DNA of 62,915 nucleotides, counting the filler, from Conidiobolus incongruus B7586 (lineage: Eukaryota), in assembly GCA_000697335.1 (NCBI GenBank). It is 8 parts of 8 records of this genome, joined end to end, with 100 filler letters (N's around TTAATTAATTAA, not from the genome) between each part and the next. Parts side by side here need not be neighbours in the genome. Positions count along the whole stretch, not along the records: positions 1 to 17,882 come from JNEM01000083.1; positions 17,983 to 25,294 come from JNEM01000086.1; positions 25,395 to 39,703 come from JNEM01000090.1; 5 more parts are not named here. One strand, given 5' to 3'. Made by a program: the position numbers and the translations under genes. The notes under the pieces are model-generated. The model was not told where the DNA came from and searched no databases. It was given only the letters and a program-made list of their open reading frames with translations. Numbering within the stretch: position 1 is the first letter of the stretch; every line of letters begins with the position of its first letter. Shown piece by piece: positions 11,808 to 25,779 of the stretch.

Positions 11808-12861
11808 TTAAACTTTGGAATCTTTCCATTGCCAGAGAAACCACGAAGCAATGGAACGGTAAGGTCTCCAAATTTCGCACACGGCTTCCATCTCCTCAGC
11901 AGTGATGCGATTCTTACCTTTAGGCTTCAAATTGAAGTATTTTATAACTTGATTCTTGATAGCATAGTCGCCAACAGGAAGAATGTCCAAGCGATGTAGA
12001 GTACCCATAAGGAACATATCTGCAGTCCACTAAATAATAATAAATCATACAAAAGCAAAACATTAGCCTAGATTAAATATCAGTTATTGAATATGTATTA
12101 CCCTGCCAATTCCTTTGACTTCACATAGCTTAGTTACAAGTTCTTCATCAGGTAACTTCAGGATAATCTCATCACTAAGAGAGCCATCGACATATCTTTT
12201 AGATAGATCAATCAAATAATTGGCTTTTGCATTAGATAGCCCAGCAGATCTTAGTTTCTCAAATGGCGTGTCGATGATTTGCTGAGGAGTAGGAAATACA
12301 CCATCTTCATTAAATAAAGCAATGACACGATTAAGAATGGCGAATGCGGCCTTTCCAGCGAGTTGCTAAATAAACATTTAATGATTCGTAATTTTTTCAA
12401 TAAAAAACCGATAAAATTTACCTGATAAATAATGGATCTCGCCAATGCTTTAAAAGTAAAATTATCTCCTTGGTTCAAGTCTGCTTCAGATAACAGATAG
12501 CAAGGTCGATCTGAAAATAGTAAAAGCTTTTCGAAGTTGCTAAAGAATCGAAGATTATAAAAATTTGCCTCTATATGAATTAGTGAACTTACGGATCATT
12601 TTTAAGAAGAGCAGCAATAGCAGGATGACTAGGATCAACAGGAGAGCCAACTTTTTCACTGAATTGGTTAGGTACTGGCAATTCGTCCAGCTCCACCTTC
12701 TTTTCTTGTTTAAATACTTTTTGTTTTGTAGCTTTTACTTTCTGTTTTTTACTCCCATTTTTCTCTTGTAAAACTTTGGTGGTGGTAGTAATAGTAGTTG
12801 TTTTGGTTGATTTCAACTTTTCACTCAAAGTTTGAGATCTGGTGACTCTACGAGTAATCAT
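11808..12861 (-). CDS. MAG1: DNA-3-methyladenine glycosylase (HhH-GPD, AlkA/Mag1 family), 4 exons, ~290 aa
   Basis: Exons 12861-12593, 12539-12422, 12365-12102, 12029-11808 join in frame through GT-AG introns. Motifs FKALARSIIYQQLAGKAA, FPTP, LRSAGLSNAKANY, LCEVKGIGRWTADMFLM (HhH), DILPVGD, WRPYRSIASWFLW. Confidence 0.93.
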
Positions 12862-15009
12862 TATAAAATTAATTGGATTGAACGAGTTCAAAATTTTATT
12901 GACTTGGAATAAAAAGTGACAGGTTGGTTTTAATTTGAAAGCGTATTAATAATATTAAATTTGTGGGATACATATTTTAAACTAATAACAAAATAATAAT
13001 TCCTCAATTTAAATTCAGTAGCAAGTTATAATACTAAAAAAGTAAATTTGTTGAATATCAATACCTAATTAATCACAATATATGTTCATTTATATTGTCT
13101 GTTAATATTTCGCATTTATTTTACCGAATGAAATATATATTTCAAATTGATTAGTAATCAATTTGATTTTCATTTTTTAATACATTTAGTATTTTAGGGG
13201 GTACAATAAATTAAGAGATGAATATTAAAAAATGTAAATCTCATAATAGACTATTATTCAAAAATATACTGTATTAACTAAATACTATTTAATATTCGGT
13301 TCCGAAATAATCTCAGAAAATATTAATATCGTTACTACAAAATACTTAAATCAACTTTATTATATACTTATAAATCATATTCTAATACATAGTAATAAAA
13401 TATTTAATAACGTACTAATAATCAATTCAATCGTATTTCAAAAAAAATTTCAAGGTGATATTTTCTCATACCTGATTATGAATCTTTTTCATCAATTACA
13501 AAGACCATATAAACAGGTATGACAAATGGATATAACTGTTATTTTGTCATCGGGTAAATAATATGAAAAATTTGGAGTTTCATTTTTTGTTACTGTTCTC
13601 AATCAATGGTTATATGTTGTTTGTTGTTGATATAAAATTTCATAATTAGATTCAGACTTATAATTTATTTCAAATTTGAATAGCTTAATTTTGATATTGA
13701 TTTTCTAAAGTTGATTGATATTAACTCCAAAATATTTTATATTGCTAAAAAACAATGTAATAATATATACAAAATTTACTCTCAATTTATTTTTTACATG
13801 ATATCATAGTGGATAAATCTTTACCAAATCTCTCACAATCGCCGAATTAAGGATAAAATTCAATTTTTCAAAATCTCTAATAAGCTATATTTCGCATTCG
13901 AATCTTGTTTTATTTTTTAATATTAGGTCATTCATATTCTAGAAAGTGTTAGTTAATAATATTTGTAAGCAAATGTAATTTTGAGTAATTTTGTACTATG
14001 AAGTAATAATAAAATGTATACAAAGTTGATTTTGTCAAAAAAATGTACTGGGGAGTTATTATATTTGCAGACTATTTAGTGGAATAAGTGGCAAAATGTC
14101 GTTTCTAAGGGTCGATCATCTCGCAAAATTGCAACTCGATTATCAATCAATATAATTACATATTACATAATTAAATTGAATTGTTAAACGTGTCATATAT
14201 TCCAGTACCAATAATCACCAATAGAAAATAGTACAAAATATTTCAATCTTTCAATAATTAGATCTAATTCTATTTATTAAATTTTTACAATTAATTTTAT
14301 TTATTTGGATTTTCTACAATTTTACCCATGTTCATCTAAATATTGTATTTCATAAATCTTGAAAAATTAAATTAGAAAAATTCTTTAAGAATAACGGGTA
14401 ATATATTATTACAAATTCAAGTGTAAGAATTGATATATTTTGATATAAGGATTAGTGGAATAGTTATCTGATGATTAATACAGTCATATCTGATGTACAA
14501 TTACTATTTTATAATTTTAATTAGATTACAACCAATAATTTAATGATAAACAAAGAATATGATTTTAAAATTCGTTAGAAAAGCCCTCAATGATTTTAAA
14601 CAACACCAATTTACTAAAATCACTAATCAGGTAGAGATTCGATTACTTAATTGGTATTAAATTCCCCTTCTTAGGGGGTGAAAATCCTTACATCGGGCTA
14701 TTTGATTGGATAAATATACCTCTGATTGTTTTGTAATTTCCAAATCGATACCGTAAATAATATCAAAAAATTTAGTTAAAAAATCCCAATTTTTATTATA
14801 ATGAAACCTAATAGGTTGATTATAATTGGTAAGAGCTTTTCCACATTTCAATACCATTTTTGGTATGTATTTATTGATATATAAACCTTGCAATTCCTCT
14901 TCTATTTTTAATGATTTTTAAATATTTTTCAACTTATCTTTAATATAATATTAATTTTTACTAACACCAATACAAAATTTACTAAGTTATCACATTTTAA
15001 TACTGAGTA

Positions 15010-16163
15010 ATGCCTCCTAACGATAATAAAATTCCGCAAATCAATCCTCCAGAAGCAAATCCAGACCATCGCCATCCTCTTTATTTAGGTGACTGGAAAA
15101 GGTCAATACCTTATGTGAATAAAGGGATGGCTGAGGATAACATGGACGAACCACATTTCAAGCGCAAGTTTGCCATTTTAGAAAAGCATCCAGAGATTAA
15201 ACACCTCGAGGGCCCTGATCCATATACAAAGTATATTATCTTTGCTTCCACATTTGTTCAACTCGCCTTGAGTTATTTTGTTGGTAGAATTTGGCAACCT
15301 TCATTTATTCCTATGTTCTTAATCAGTTACTGCATCGGAGGAACAATCACAGCGCTCTATGGTGTCATCATTCATGAATTATCACACAACCTCTGTTCAC
15401 CTAGCCCATTTGTTAATCGTCTTTTGGCTCTTGTTGTCAACACATGTATTCCTTTCCCTATTGCCGCTTCATTCCGTCGTTACCATCTCAATCACCACGC
15501 ATATCTTGGTGTTGAAAACCTTGACCCTGATTTGCCCATGGATTGGGAGCTTAAGTTGATTAAAGGCAATACATTTATGAAGATGCTCTGGATTTTCATT
15601 TACCCCGTTATGTATGTTGTCAGAGGTACTGTTAACTTTAAGCCATTATCATTTTGGGAAATTATCAACATTATCTACACTTTAACTGTCGATGCTTTGG
15701 TATTCAAATTCTGCGGCATTCAAGGTTTCCTGTATCTCTTCCTCTCTCTCTGGTTAGGATATGGACTTCATCCTGGAGCTGCTCACTTTATTCAAGAACA
15801 TTTCACATTTGACGATGGTCAAGAAACCTACTCTTACTATGGCTCACTCAACTGGTTCTACCTTAATATTGGCTACCACAATGAACATCATGATTTCATG
15901 CACGTAAGTTACACTAAATTGACTTCAATTTATCAAATTAATATTTACATCTAATTTAGGTTGCATGGTCTAAACTACCAGAAATCAAGCGGATTGCACC
16001 CGAATTCTACAATACTTTAAAATATCATACCAGTTACGTTTTGGTTCATTTTAAATTTATCACTGAAAAGATAATGGGACCTCAATCTCGCGTCCAGAGA
16101 ACTTTACAAGCTCATAAAACTGCCAGGAAATTAATGAAGAAAGACAGACCTAAAAAGTATTAA
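15010..16163 (+). CDS. DES1: Sphingolipid delta-4 desaturase (DES1/DEGS family), 2 exons, ~365 aa
   Basis: Exons 15010-15903 and 15960-16163 (GTAAGT...TTTAG intron). DEPHxxRKxxILxKHPEIKxLxGPDP N-terminal motif, His boxes HELSH, HLNHH, HNEHH, plus ETYSYYG and WSKLPEIKRIAPEFY. Confidence 0.93.
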
Positions 16164-17579
16164 CACAACTATTCGCTTCCTAATTAATACTATTATAAAT
16201 ATTATTGTGAATATCATCCCTATTATTATCATATTATTAAAAAATTAATTAACATAATCAATTTAACATTATTTTAAGTTTTATTTTTTATTCTTCGATT
16301 CTAAAATGTGGAGTCAAATCCCCATTTAAGGTAACAAAGAATAATATATTGTGGGAATTTTATAAGAATAATTTTTACATTTTTCTTTATCATTTTCAAA
16401 ATAGGTTTTTCTAAATTTAATTTACCTCAGCATGTATACCAAGTAAAGATCAAGAATCTTAAAATTTATCCAACTCAATTTCTTAGTATTATTTTTTTGA
16501 AGCTATATAATCAAAATTGGCAATTTTGAATATTAATACCAAGTTATCATTTTTGAATAACAAAGTAAGAAAAATATTGTATTTTTGTGTCTTTGGGTAA
16601 AAATTTATTTTAAAGAATGTCAAGATTTGATAAAAATCAATGTTATTAATTAGCTTAGGGTTATTTTCACCGAATCTAAAAGTGTCATCTCAATCATAAT
16701 AATTAAATATTACTAAATATTCTAAGTATGACTACATTTGATTTTTAAATTTTGGATTAATTTTACTAAGATGGTATTTGGTTATTTTTTTTCATACAAT
16801 ATAACTATTTAATGATTATTGGATTTGATTTTTTTAAAGTATTGATGTTATAACAAATTAGAAAAATAATCAAAGTCAATTTTTTTAACAGTTTGTTACA
16901 TTTGTATAACTGTGACAAAGTGGTAGCTTTTTGGACTTTAAAGGTTTTATTTTAAAATCATTCAGCAATTTTATATTATTTTGTTGGTCATAGTTAATAT
17001 TAATTATCATAACAATACTTTTATGGAATCAATTTTGATACTTAAAAATTCCATTTTGATTATAACATCACAACCAAAGATACTTTCTATCAAATATTAC
17101 AACTTTGAGGGCAATTGGTTTACTATATTAAGAAAAATAAAAATTTTGAAAAAATACTTTTATGGTAGATATAAACTATATTAGGAATATAACTCTTGGG
17201 TATCTGTTGGAATTTTGTAAATACTTATGTTTTATATTCAAATTTAGAAATTCCTATTGGCTAGTGCTTTTCAATTTCTTTTTTAGGCCTAAAAAACTAT
17301 GGTAGTGATCTAATCTAATAATTTGTTTCCACTCTTATTTTTGGTCTTTATATCTGCAAGTAAATAAAATAAGACACATATTAATTAGCCAATTATAGAT
17401 AACAAATATATAATAATCCAATAAAAATTTAATAAGTTATAATTTTTTAATAATTATTATTAATTAATTTATTTAAATTAAAATACCTTATTTAGTATTT
17501 TAATTTTATATATATATGACCTAATTTTCTTATATTTTTATAATAACTTCTATTATCCAGATTTCATTTTCTTGAATGT

Positions 17580-17581
<2 letters not shown>

Positions 17582-17608
<27 letters not shown>
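17582..17608. repeat. (TA)n microsatellite
   Basis: About 13 uninterrupted AT units; shorter (TA)n tracts near 38033, 47342 and 56026. Confidence 0.85.
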
Positions 17609-17611
<3 letters not shown>

Positions 17612-17882
17612 TTTTCTTGTAATTATTATATATCATATAATACAAATTATTGGATTAAAATCAATAAATAAATGATGTTGATATTCTTAATATATTTTAT
17701 ATATTTTTAAATTTTTTAACTTTATATATTTCTATTAATATAACTAAATTATAGATATTAAATTTCTTTATATTGAAATATCCTTATGCACTAATAAATT
17801 TTGTATATTTATTTACTTAACTTTAATATACCAAATAAAAAAGCTTGTATATCAGATATAAATTTCAAATTTTAATAAAATT

Positions 17883-17982
17883 NNNNNNNNNNNNNNNNNN
17901 NNNNNNNNNNNNNNNNNNNNNNNNNNTTAATTAATTAANNNNNNNNNNNNNNNNNNNNNNNNNNNNNNNNNNNNNNNNNNNN
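17883..17982. other. Artificial assembly spacer (44N-TTAATTAATTAA-44N)
   Basis: Fixed 100-nt block whose core gives stops in all six frames; occurs identically seven times. Confidence 0.97.
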
Positions 17983-20900
17983 TATATATATATTGAATGA
18001 ATTAATTCTAGCTGATCGTATCAAATATTTTAACGATCTGCAAGGAATGCTATCAATTTGTTGTAATAATTGAGATTATTAAAATCTTTCAAATATATTA
18101 GTTTTTAAAAAATGAATTTTCAATTCATCAACTAGTATCATATTATTTAAGTAAACTAAAGGGGTTTATTAAATATCTACAATTTTATCATTTTAAAAAG
18201 GTTAATATCAATCAAAATTAACATTATTTAATAATTAAAATTATACTTAATTAGCAATCACTATTATTTCACTCAAATTTCTTTTGATGGAAATAGATGT
18301 GTGTCAAATTTATTCAATTCTCTTGAATATCCAGTTTTATTTGAATAATATAGACTGAATCATGTGAAAATTTAAAATATTTTGAAAATAATAATTTTTT
18401 CGTATTGGATACAGTATATAAACCATTGTTTAAACTGTTTATATATCTATTAAATATGTTTAAAGATATAAACTATATAATAAATATTTGAGATAAAAAT
18501 TAAGTATTTATCATACTTATTATGACTCAATGTGAGATATAATAGTTTCTATTAACCAAATTCAGGTTTTCTTTCAATTTCGATTAGTCTCAAACCTCAA
18601 TTTGAATTAATCATTGTGAAACGAATTTGTATTGAACGCCTTGTTTACCAAATAAACATCATTTAATCTAGATTTATATCAATTGATTTTTAAACTCATA
18701 GACGACTATATTTGAATTATATATACATAAATATTATTTTATTAACTTTCTGTTTTGTTTTTTATATATCTGATAAATAATATCATTATTTTAATACTCC
18801 ATAAAAATTTCTATTACGTTTACTAACATAGCATTAATAAATGTAATAAATATTAAACTCTATTAAATTTGAATCTCTGGAAATAAATATTAAAAATTTA
18901 ATATAAAAATATTTACAAATATAATATTAACTCAATATAGTAATCCTAGATATGAATTTTGAAATTATTTTAGAAACATCGTATCAAATAAACGTATAAA
19001 TCAAATTATGAATAAGGGCTTGATCCCTATCGACTTTATTCTAAACATTAATACAATTTGTTCAATGATCCACTATATTTAATATTGTAAAGCTTATAGT
19101 AGAATTTTTAAAGGAGTATGCTTTTCTTGATTAATATTTATTAGGAGACTAATGTTGCTGAAACTCCTTTGGATCTTTGTATCGAGTCTAAGTATAATTA
19201 AAGCAAAGCATACACCAAATAATTTATTTTTTTATTATTGTATTATAATTTGAAGTGATATTTTAAAATTATTTTAGAAATATTAATCATTTTCTTAATT
19301 TCATTCATACCAAAATGAGGAAAAGGGAAACCTAAGTAGCATATTGCAATGAGTTAACATGATCACTAATAACAATATCATAATACTATATTAATCAATT
19401 TTGTAGAGTAATATAATTTTAGAATTTTTAATTTAAAAATTCTTTAAATTTTAACTATAAAAATAAATTTATTAAATTTTGAAGATATTTAAATATAAAT
19501 CAAAATATAATATATTTATTCCAAATTTAAAAAATTGAATATAAATATTTTATTTTGATTATCTTATAAATCATAATAGTATATATAATATATAAAATAA
19601 TTCAAAATCCAATAAAGATTTTTTTAACAAAATTACCTTAATAATCTAAAGTAATATAATAATTAAATATAGAGATTACTAATAAATTAATGGTGATTAC
19701 CAATTCTCCAAAAAAAGTGTTAAAGAAAAGATTAGATAATATTATATTGAGCAAGGAATTAATGGTAAACTTATATTTTGAATTTTACTCAACTGAAAAA
19801 ATAATATTTATAATTTAATGATACAAATGTATAATTGAGCGTAATTTAATAATAGTAACTAATGTGTTATTTTTATATATGATAATAAAAATAATTTCTC
19901 GTTTATAATTGCAATATTAACATTTAAAATAGATATTAATAATATATATAGGCTATTATCTGGATATTCAATAAACTGATATACTTGACTTATAAATATT
20001 AATAAATTTATATTTTAATATAGTAATTTTTATATTTTTGAATCTTTTTTCATTTTCTAGTTCAATATTATTTTGCTACTTTATTGATACTTTTTTAAAT
20101 TATTTTGACAAATTTTTAACATTCATTTTAAATTTTATATATATTTATATATTTATATATTTATATAGAATATATATTATATATATTATATATATTTTAA
20201 ATATTAATAAAAAATTTGAATAAATAAATTTAATTACAGGTAAAATTGAAAGAGTATATAAAACTTATTAATAATTTAATTAAAATATAAATATATTAAT
20301 TTTCAATAAATTTATATGTTGTTATATTATTACAATAATAATTTATTAGCTTAAGTATTTATTTATTATTTAGCCCTTTATTTAAAAAATATTATAATAT
20401 TCTATAAAATAATATTTTGGATTTTTTATTTTTTTAAATAATATGAAATATTTTTCTAATCCTACCATATAGTTAATATTATTTTTTCCATGAATATTTT
20501 ATTTCATTTGACTTTTAACCTTATTTATTTTAATTATCTAATAATGTTTATAAAATTTATAATTTAATATAATCTATGTTTAATTAGTAATATCAGATAT
20601 CTATTAAATTACTTGTCATACTATTATCTCTTTATTTCAATTTATCTATAATTTCTTATATCCTACTTGCCCTAAAATTTTTTATTCTTATTTTAATATA
20701 TACAGGAGAAAAAAAATATTTTTTCTAGCTATAGGAAAATAAATCAAAATTTTTATTATTTATTTTAATAATAAACTATAAATAAACTATACTAAAATAT
20801 TATAAGTTATCAATATAAATTTATTATAATTATTCCAGTTTCCATCACTAGGATAATATAAGTAATAGTTAAATTTTTTAAATAATAAGTTTTTTTATGA

Positions 20901-22812
20901 ATTTTGCAAATAAGGAGTATATATCAATTTGTTTAACTTATTAAATATTATTAATTCATTTGGTACCTAATTTGATATTCTCCAAACTTTATTATTTTTA
21001 ATAATATTTTAATAATTGATCAAGATATATAATGAATTATTATTTGAAAATTCTTTTAAAGAATTGTTAGAACAAGTTTTTATAACACTTAATATTTCTT
21101 TATAAAATGCCTATATTTTTCTACTTTTGTGTGGTTTATCTTTAATATAATATTTACTATTTCAAAAACACAAATCATTTTCGACAGCATCTGGGTGTAA
21201 TAATACCTTTCCCAAATACTTGATTAATCATTCTACATAGATATAATGGTTTATATGATTAGTAAAAAAATGATACAATAATTTTTAGAAGAATAATATT
21301 AGGTTTTGGTGGTATCATTATGAAAGGTTGTATTTTAACAAACATATAATAAATTTCATTCTTTACTGAATTAATATTGATTTCAGAAATTTTAACCTCG
21401 TTATAAAGTTGGTTTTGCATTAATTCAACTGAATTGTGAATAAAAAAATGCAAACAATGAACATTGGTGTTTTATATTTGTAAAAATGTTTTGATTTAAC
21501 AAATATTTTGTGATTCAAACTTTCAACCAAGTTTGTTTTTCTGATCTTCCAATCTTAAAGCTTAATGTTGCCACGTTTTCATTTTAATCAATTAATTGGA
21601 CAATGTTTAAATCAATAAATCCAAAATTAACCGTGATTAATTGTGAGATTAGGGGATTAAATACTCTGAGTTAAATAAATAATTGTCACATTTATTTTAT
21701 TTATGTTCATAGAAATAATATTCATAAGATTGAATTATATAAATCGAGTTACTTACTAATCTAAACTCCTCTAGATTTATTTATACTATAAATCGTATAT
21801 TCTGGATTTCTCAATGTTTATAAATTTTTGTTTATTAGGTCTATTAAAATACTTTGACATATTCTTAATATGTATCAATATATAGTAGTCATTATTATCT
21901 TGACTTGAAACCTAGAATGTGTAGTTCACTAAACTGGATGTCAAAGGAACTACTAGAACTATTATTTAACCAAAATGATCATTTGTGAATAATGCGAATA
22001 ATTGTAATAGTTAGAGCTGTTATTTAAGTTTGAATAAAATGCAGTTCTTTTCTTGTTCATAATCGTATAGGATTTTGTACTTCCTCTTAACATTTTCCCT
22101 TCAAACTAGTTATACACTTCTCAATTAATCATAGAGATAATATAAAAATAAATTACCTATATTCAGTGACAGTTAATTTGATGTTTGCCTCAGTATTTCA
22201 CCCTCATATAATTCAATATTTTAAAGATTAGTTAATAACCATTCATTAAACAATGTGTTAAGAAGAAAGAACTATCATTGAATAGATTTTCCGCTTATAT
22301 ATACACCATCTTAAACAAGTATTATTTAATTTGTTTTGACTATTGATACCAAAATCTCAGAATTCGAAATCTCTAATTGGATAATTAAACCCTTTTAAGA
22401 CTCATAACAAGTCACTTTTGAGTTATTTATTAATCGAATTTAGTATGAGCAAGTCTAGGGAGTATTTCGAAGTTTAAATGATTAAATAACCTCAATTTAA
22501 AAAATTGGATTAAACCCTGAATCTATTATCATAGGATATGAGAAACAACTATACAATTCAATTATAGTAAATATATCAATAACACTGAAACAAATATTTA
22601 GTATATCAAGTTTATGATTGAAAAAATATGTTAAAAAAGCTATATGTTTTATAGGTTTGCCCTAACTATAAATAGTTGATTGATGTCAAATACTTATACT
22701 TGTCTAATAATCTGATATATCCAATATCAAAGCTTTAATTAAACCGATCATTCCATTTAAATTTTATTTTATTATTTCCGGGATATATAAGATTAATAAT
22801 TAGTAATTAATT

Positions 22813-24306
22813 ATGCAGTCTCACGATTATACTTGGCTCTTTGTGTGTACTCTCATTGCTGCATTCTGTGATGGTTACGGTATTGGAGCTAATGATGTCG
22901 CTAACTCCTTTTCTACTTCCGTTTCGTCCGGTTCTATTACCTTAGCTCAAGCCTGTCTTATTGCCTCCTTTACTGAGTTCTTTGGTGCTTTCCTTTTGGG
23001 TGCTGGTACTGCCTCCACAATTCGTGATGGTATCATCAGTTTAAAACTTTTCGAAGGAAAGCCCGAAGTCTTAATGCTTGGTATGTTCTGTGCTTTAGTT
23101 GGATCTTCAGTTTGGACTATTTTAGCTACTAGATTGGGATGGCCCGTATCTACTACTCACTCCATCGTTGGTGCCATCGTTGGTATTGGTATCTCTGGAT
23201 TCGGATTTGGTGCTGTTAAATGGCAATGGTCTGGTTTAGGCAAAATTATTGCATCATGGTTTATTTCTCCAGTTTTAGCTGGCATTGTTGCCAGTATCAT
23301 CTTCTTAATCACTAGAACCTTTGTTTTGAAAGCTGAGAACTCTTTCCAAAGAGGTCTCTACGCTATTCCTATTTACTTCGGTATTACCTTTGCCATCGAT
23401 ATCTTCTATGTATTATTTAAGAATGGTAAAGGACCTGGTAATTTAGCCATTGGATATACCGTTTTGATCGTTTTATCTTGTGGTGTTTTGATTGCTGGAT
23501 TGTGTTGGTTCTTATTCGTTCCTTGGTTGAAGCGTAAGATTTTGAACAAAGAACAACTTCGTTGGTATCATATTCTTATCATTCCATTCGTTTCTGAAAG
23601 ATCTAAGATTGCTGACAAATCTGAAGAAACTGGCCATGTTGAAGAACCTAAGACTAAAGCACCTCCAACCACTATTGCTGGTAAGATTTTTGCTGCTCTC
23701 ACTCACGGCTTTACAGTTGATGTCACTTCCGTTGCTCATGATCCTCGTTTACAAGCTATGCATGACGATGCTGTTCAATACGATCCCAATACTGAATATA
23801 TGTACTCTTTCTTACAAGTTGTCACTGCTTCTATGGCATCATTCGCTCATGGTTCCAATGATGTTGCTAATGCTATTGGTCCCCTCTCCGCTGTCTACCA
23901 TATCTGGTTTAAAGGGACTTTACCCAGTGAAAAAACTGAAGTTCCTCTTTGGATTTTAGCTTTAGGTGGTGCTGCTATTGATATTGGTTTATTGACTTAT
24001 GGTTACAACATTATGAAGTCACTTGGTAATCACATTACTTTCCACTCACCTTCTCGTGGTTTCAGCATGGAATTAGGTGCTTCATTAACTGTCCTTACTG
24101 CTTCTAAGCTCAATGTTCCGGTTTCCACAACTCACTGTATTACTGGTGCTACCGCTGGTGTCGGTCTCTGCTCTGGTAAATGGAAAGCTGTCAACTGGCG
24201 TCTTGTTGCACAATGCTTTTTCTCTTGGATTGTAACTGTTCCATTTGCTGCTTTAGTTTCTGGTCTGATCTTTGGTTTCGCCTCCAGAGCCCCTACCTTG
24301 GTCTAA
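22813..24306 (+). CDS. PHO89: PiT/Pho4-family inorganic phosphate symporter (Pho89-like), 497 aa, single exon
   Basis: PiT signatures GIGANDVANSFSTSV and HGSNDVANAIGP, two PVSTTH motifs, SRGFSMELG, many TM helices; strongly biased codon usage. Confidence 0.95.
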   Translation: MQSHDYTWLFVCTLIAAFCDGYGIGANDVANSFSTSVSSGSITLAQACLIASFTEFFGAFLLGAGTASTIRDGIISLKLFEGKPEVLMLGMFCALVGSSVWTILATRLGWPVSTTHSIVGAIVGIGISGFGFGAVKWQWSGLGKIIASWFISPVLAGIVASIIFLITRTFVLKAENSFQRGLYAIPIYFGITFAIDIFYVLFKNGKGPGNLAIGYTVLIVLSCGVLIAGLCWFLFVPWLKRKILNKEQLRWYHILIIPFVSERSKIADKSEETGHVEEPKTKAPPTTIAGKIFAALTHGFTVDVTSVAHDPRLQAMHDDAVQYDPNTEYMYSFLQVVTASMASFAHGSNDVANAIGPLSAVYHIWFKGTLPSEKTEVPLWILALGGAAIDIGLLTYGYNIMKSLGNHITFHSPSRGFSMELGASLTVLTASKLNVPVSTTHCITGATAGVGLCSGKWKAVNWRLVAQCFFSWIVTVPFAALVSGLIFGFASRAPTLV

Positions 24307-25294
24307 ATATTTACCACATATTCTTTTAAAAGACATATTTCATAATTATTAATATATTTATTATTATAATTATCATTGAATCTATATCTATATGCTTTTA
24401 GTCATTTTTTAATATTGAAATATTATCCGTGCATCATTCATTAATGATTATATTAATGATTATATTGATTTGAAATTATTTCCAATTTCTAAGATATGAA
24501 AAGTTCTGATATGAATATATTTAATTTGTAAAAATATAAATTTTTCCATTCATATTAATATGTAATAACCAAACTTTTTAATTGTATTTAATTCTCTACT
24601 ATGATTTAAATTTATTGTCCATCTTAATAAATCATTCATTTATTTCTTTTCCAAAGAATAATGTAGAAATAATTTCAAACGTGTACAATATTCAATTTTA
24701 ATATATGAAAGAATTATTTATTAAAATAGTTCTTAATAATTACTAAAATATCTAATTATGTTAGTTTTAATAGTATAAATTAAATAAGTTATCCATATAA
24801 GTATATTAAATAATCATTTGAAATAATTTAATATTATTAATCCAATTTAATATATATATTTAAAATTTATAATTAATAATTAAGTTTTAATTTAATAAAA
24901 TATAATAAATCATAGAACCTTTCAAATATTATTGCAAAAATCAGATAACTATATATTTTCATAAAAAAATATTAATGAAATTTTTAATATATGATTTATT
25001 CAAATAAAAAATAATATATAATTATTATTTTTCCTAATTTTAATAATTTTTTATTTTATTTCTGAAAAAAATTTAATTATATATAATATAATTTATTGTG
25101 AAAAACTTTGATTTTTATAGATAAATAAATAAAATTTATTAAATTATATTTTTTAAATTTAATTCTTTAACTATCTAAATAATTAAAATCAATTAATTTA
25201 GTATTTAAAAAATATATTTGAAATAATAACTTATTTGATTATTTTCAAAAAAAAATTAATAATTAGCTTTAATATTAACTATTTTTGAATTTTA

Positions 25295-25394
25295 NNNNNN
25301 NNNNNNNNNNNNNNNNNNNNNNNNNNNNNNNNNNNNNNTTAATTAATTAANNNNNNNNNNNNNNNNNNNNNNNNNNNNNNNNNNNNNNNNNNNN
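25295..25394. other. Artificial assembly spacer
   Basis: 44N-TTAATTAATTAA-44N. Confidence 0.97.
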
Positions 25395-25779
25395 TATAAT
25401 TTATTTAACCTTAATTTAATCAGGTGATTTATAATTATAATATTAATTTAATTATATCAATAATAATATTCAACTAATAATATAATTATTCTTTTTCCTC
25501 TTAATTTTTATTATTTCTTAGTTTTATTCAATATTCTTAAGATTAAAGGTATATTTATTAATACTATACTATATTGATGCTATTTAATATAAGGATTCCT
25601 TTATCTTTATATTTTATTAATTTACGTTATGCTAATGTTATATTTAAGTGTTCTAAAAAATTTGTTTAATTAAACTAATTGTATATATAAAATGATAAGT
25701 ATCAATAATGGCTTTATTATTATAATCTCAACATATATAAAGATATTAAACTTAATCAATAATCTTTAATTAAAATTGT

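Noticed and set aside
20038..20223. Short Ile/Tyr/Phe/Asn/Lys-rich ORFs (also 14657, 16981, 21259, 26251, 40880, 41725, 45835, 57985)
   Set aside because: Composition follows AT richness, mostly non-ATG starts, no motifs.
21572..21577. CACGTT as a Pho4-type site for the phosphate transporter
   Set aside because: A single hexamer 1.2 kb upstream that also occurs at unrelated sites (31381, 43582, 50468); not distinguishable from chance.
11808..24306. MAG1, DES1 and PHO89 as a functional cluster
   Set aside because: Unrelated pathways, widely spaced, and a gap separates PHO89 from the other two.
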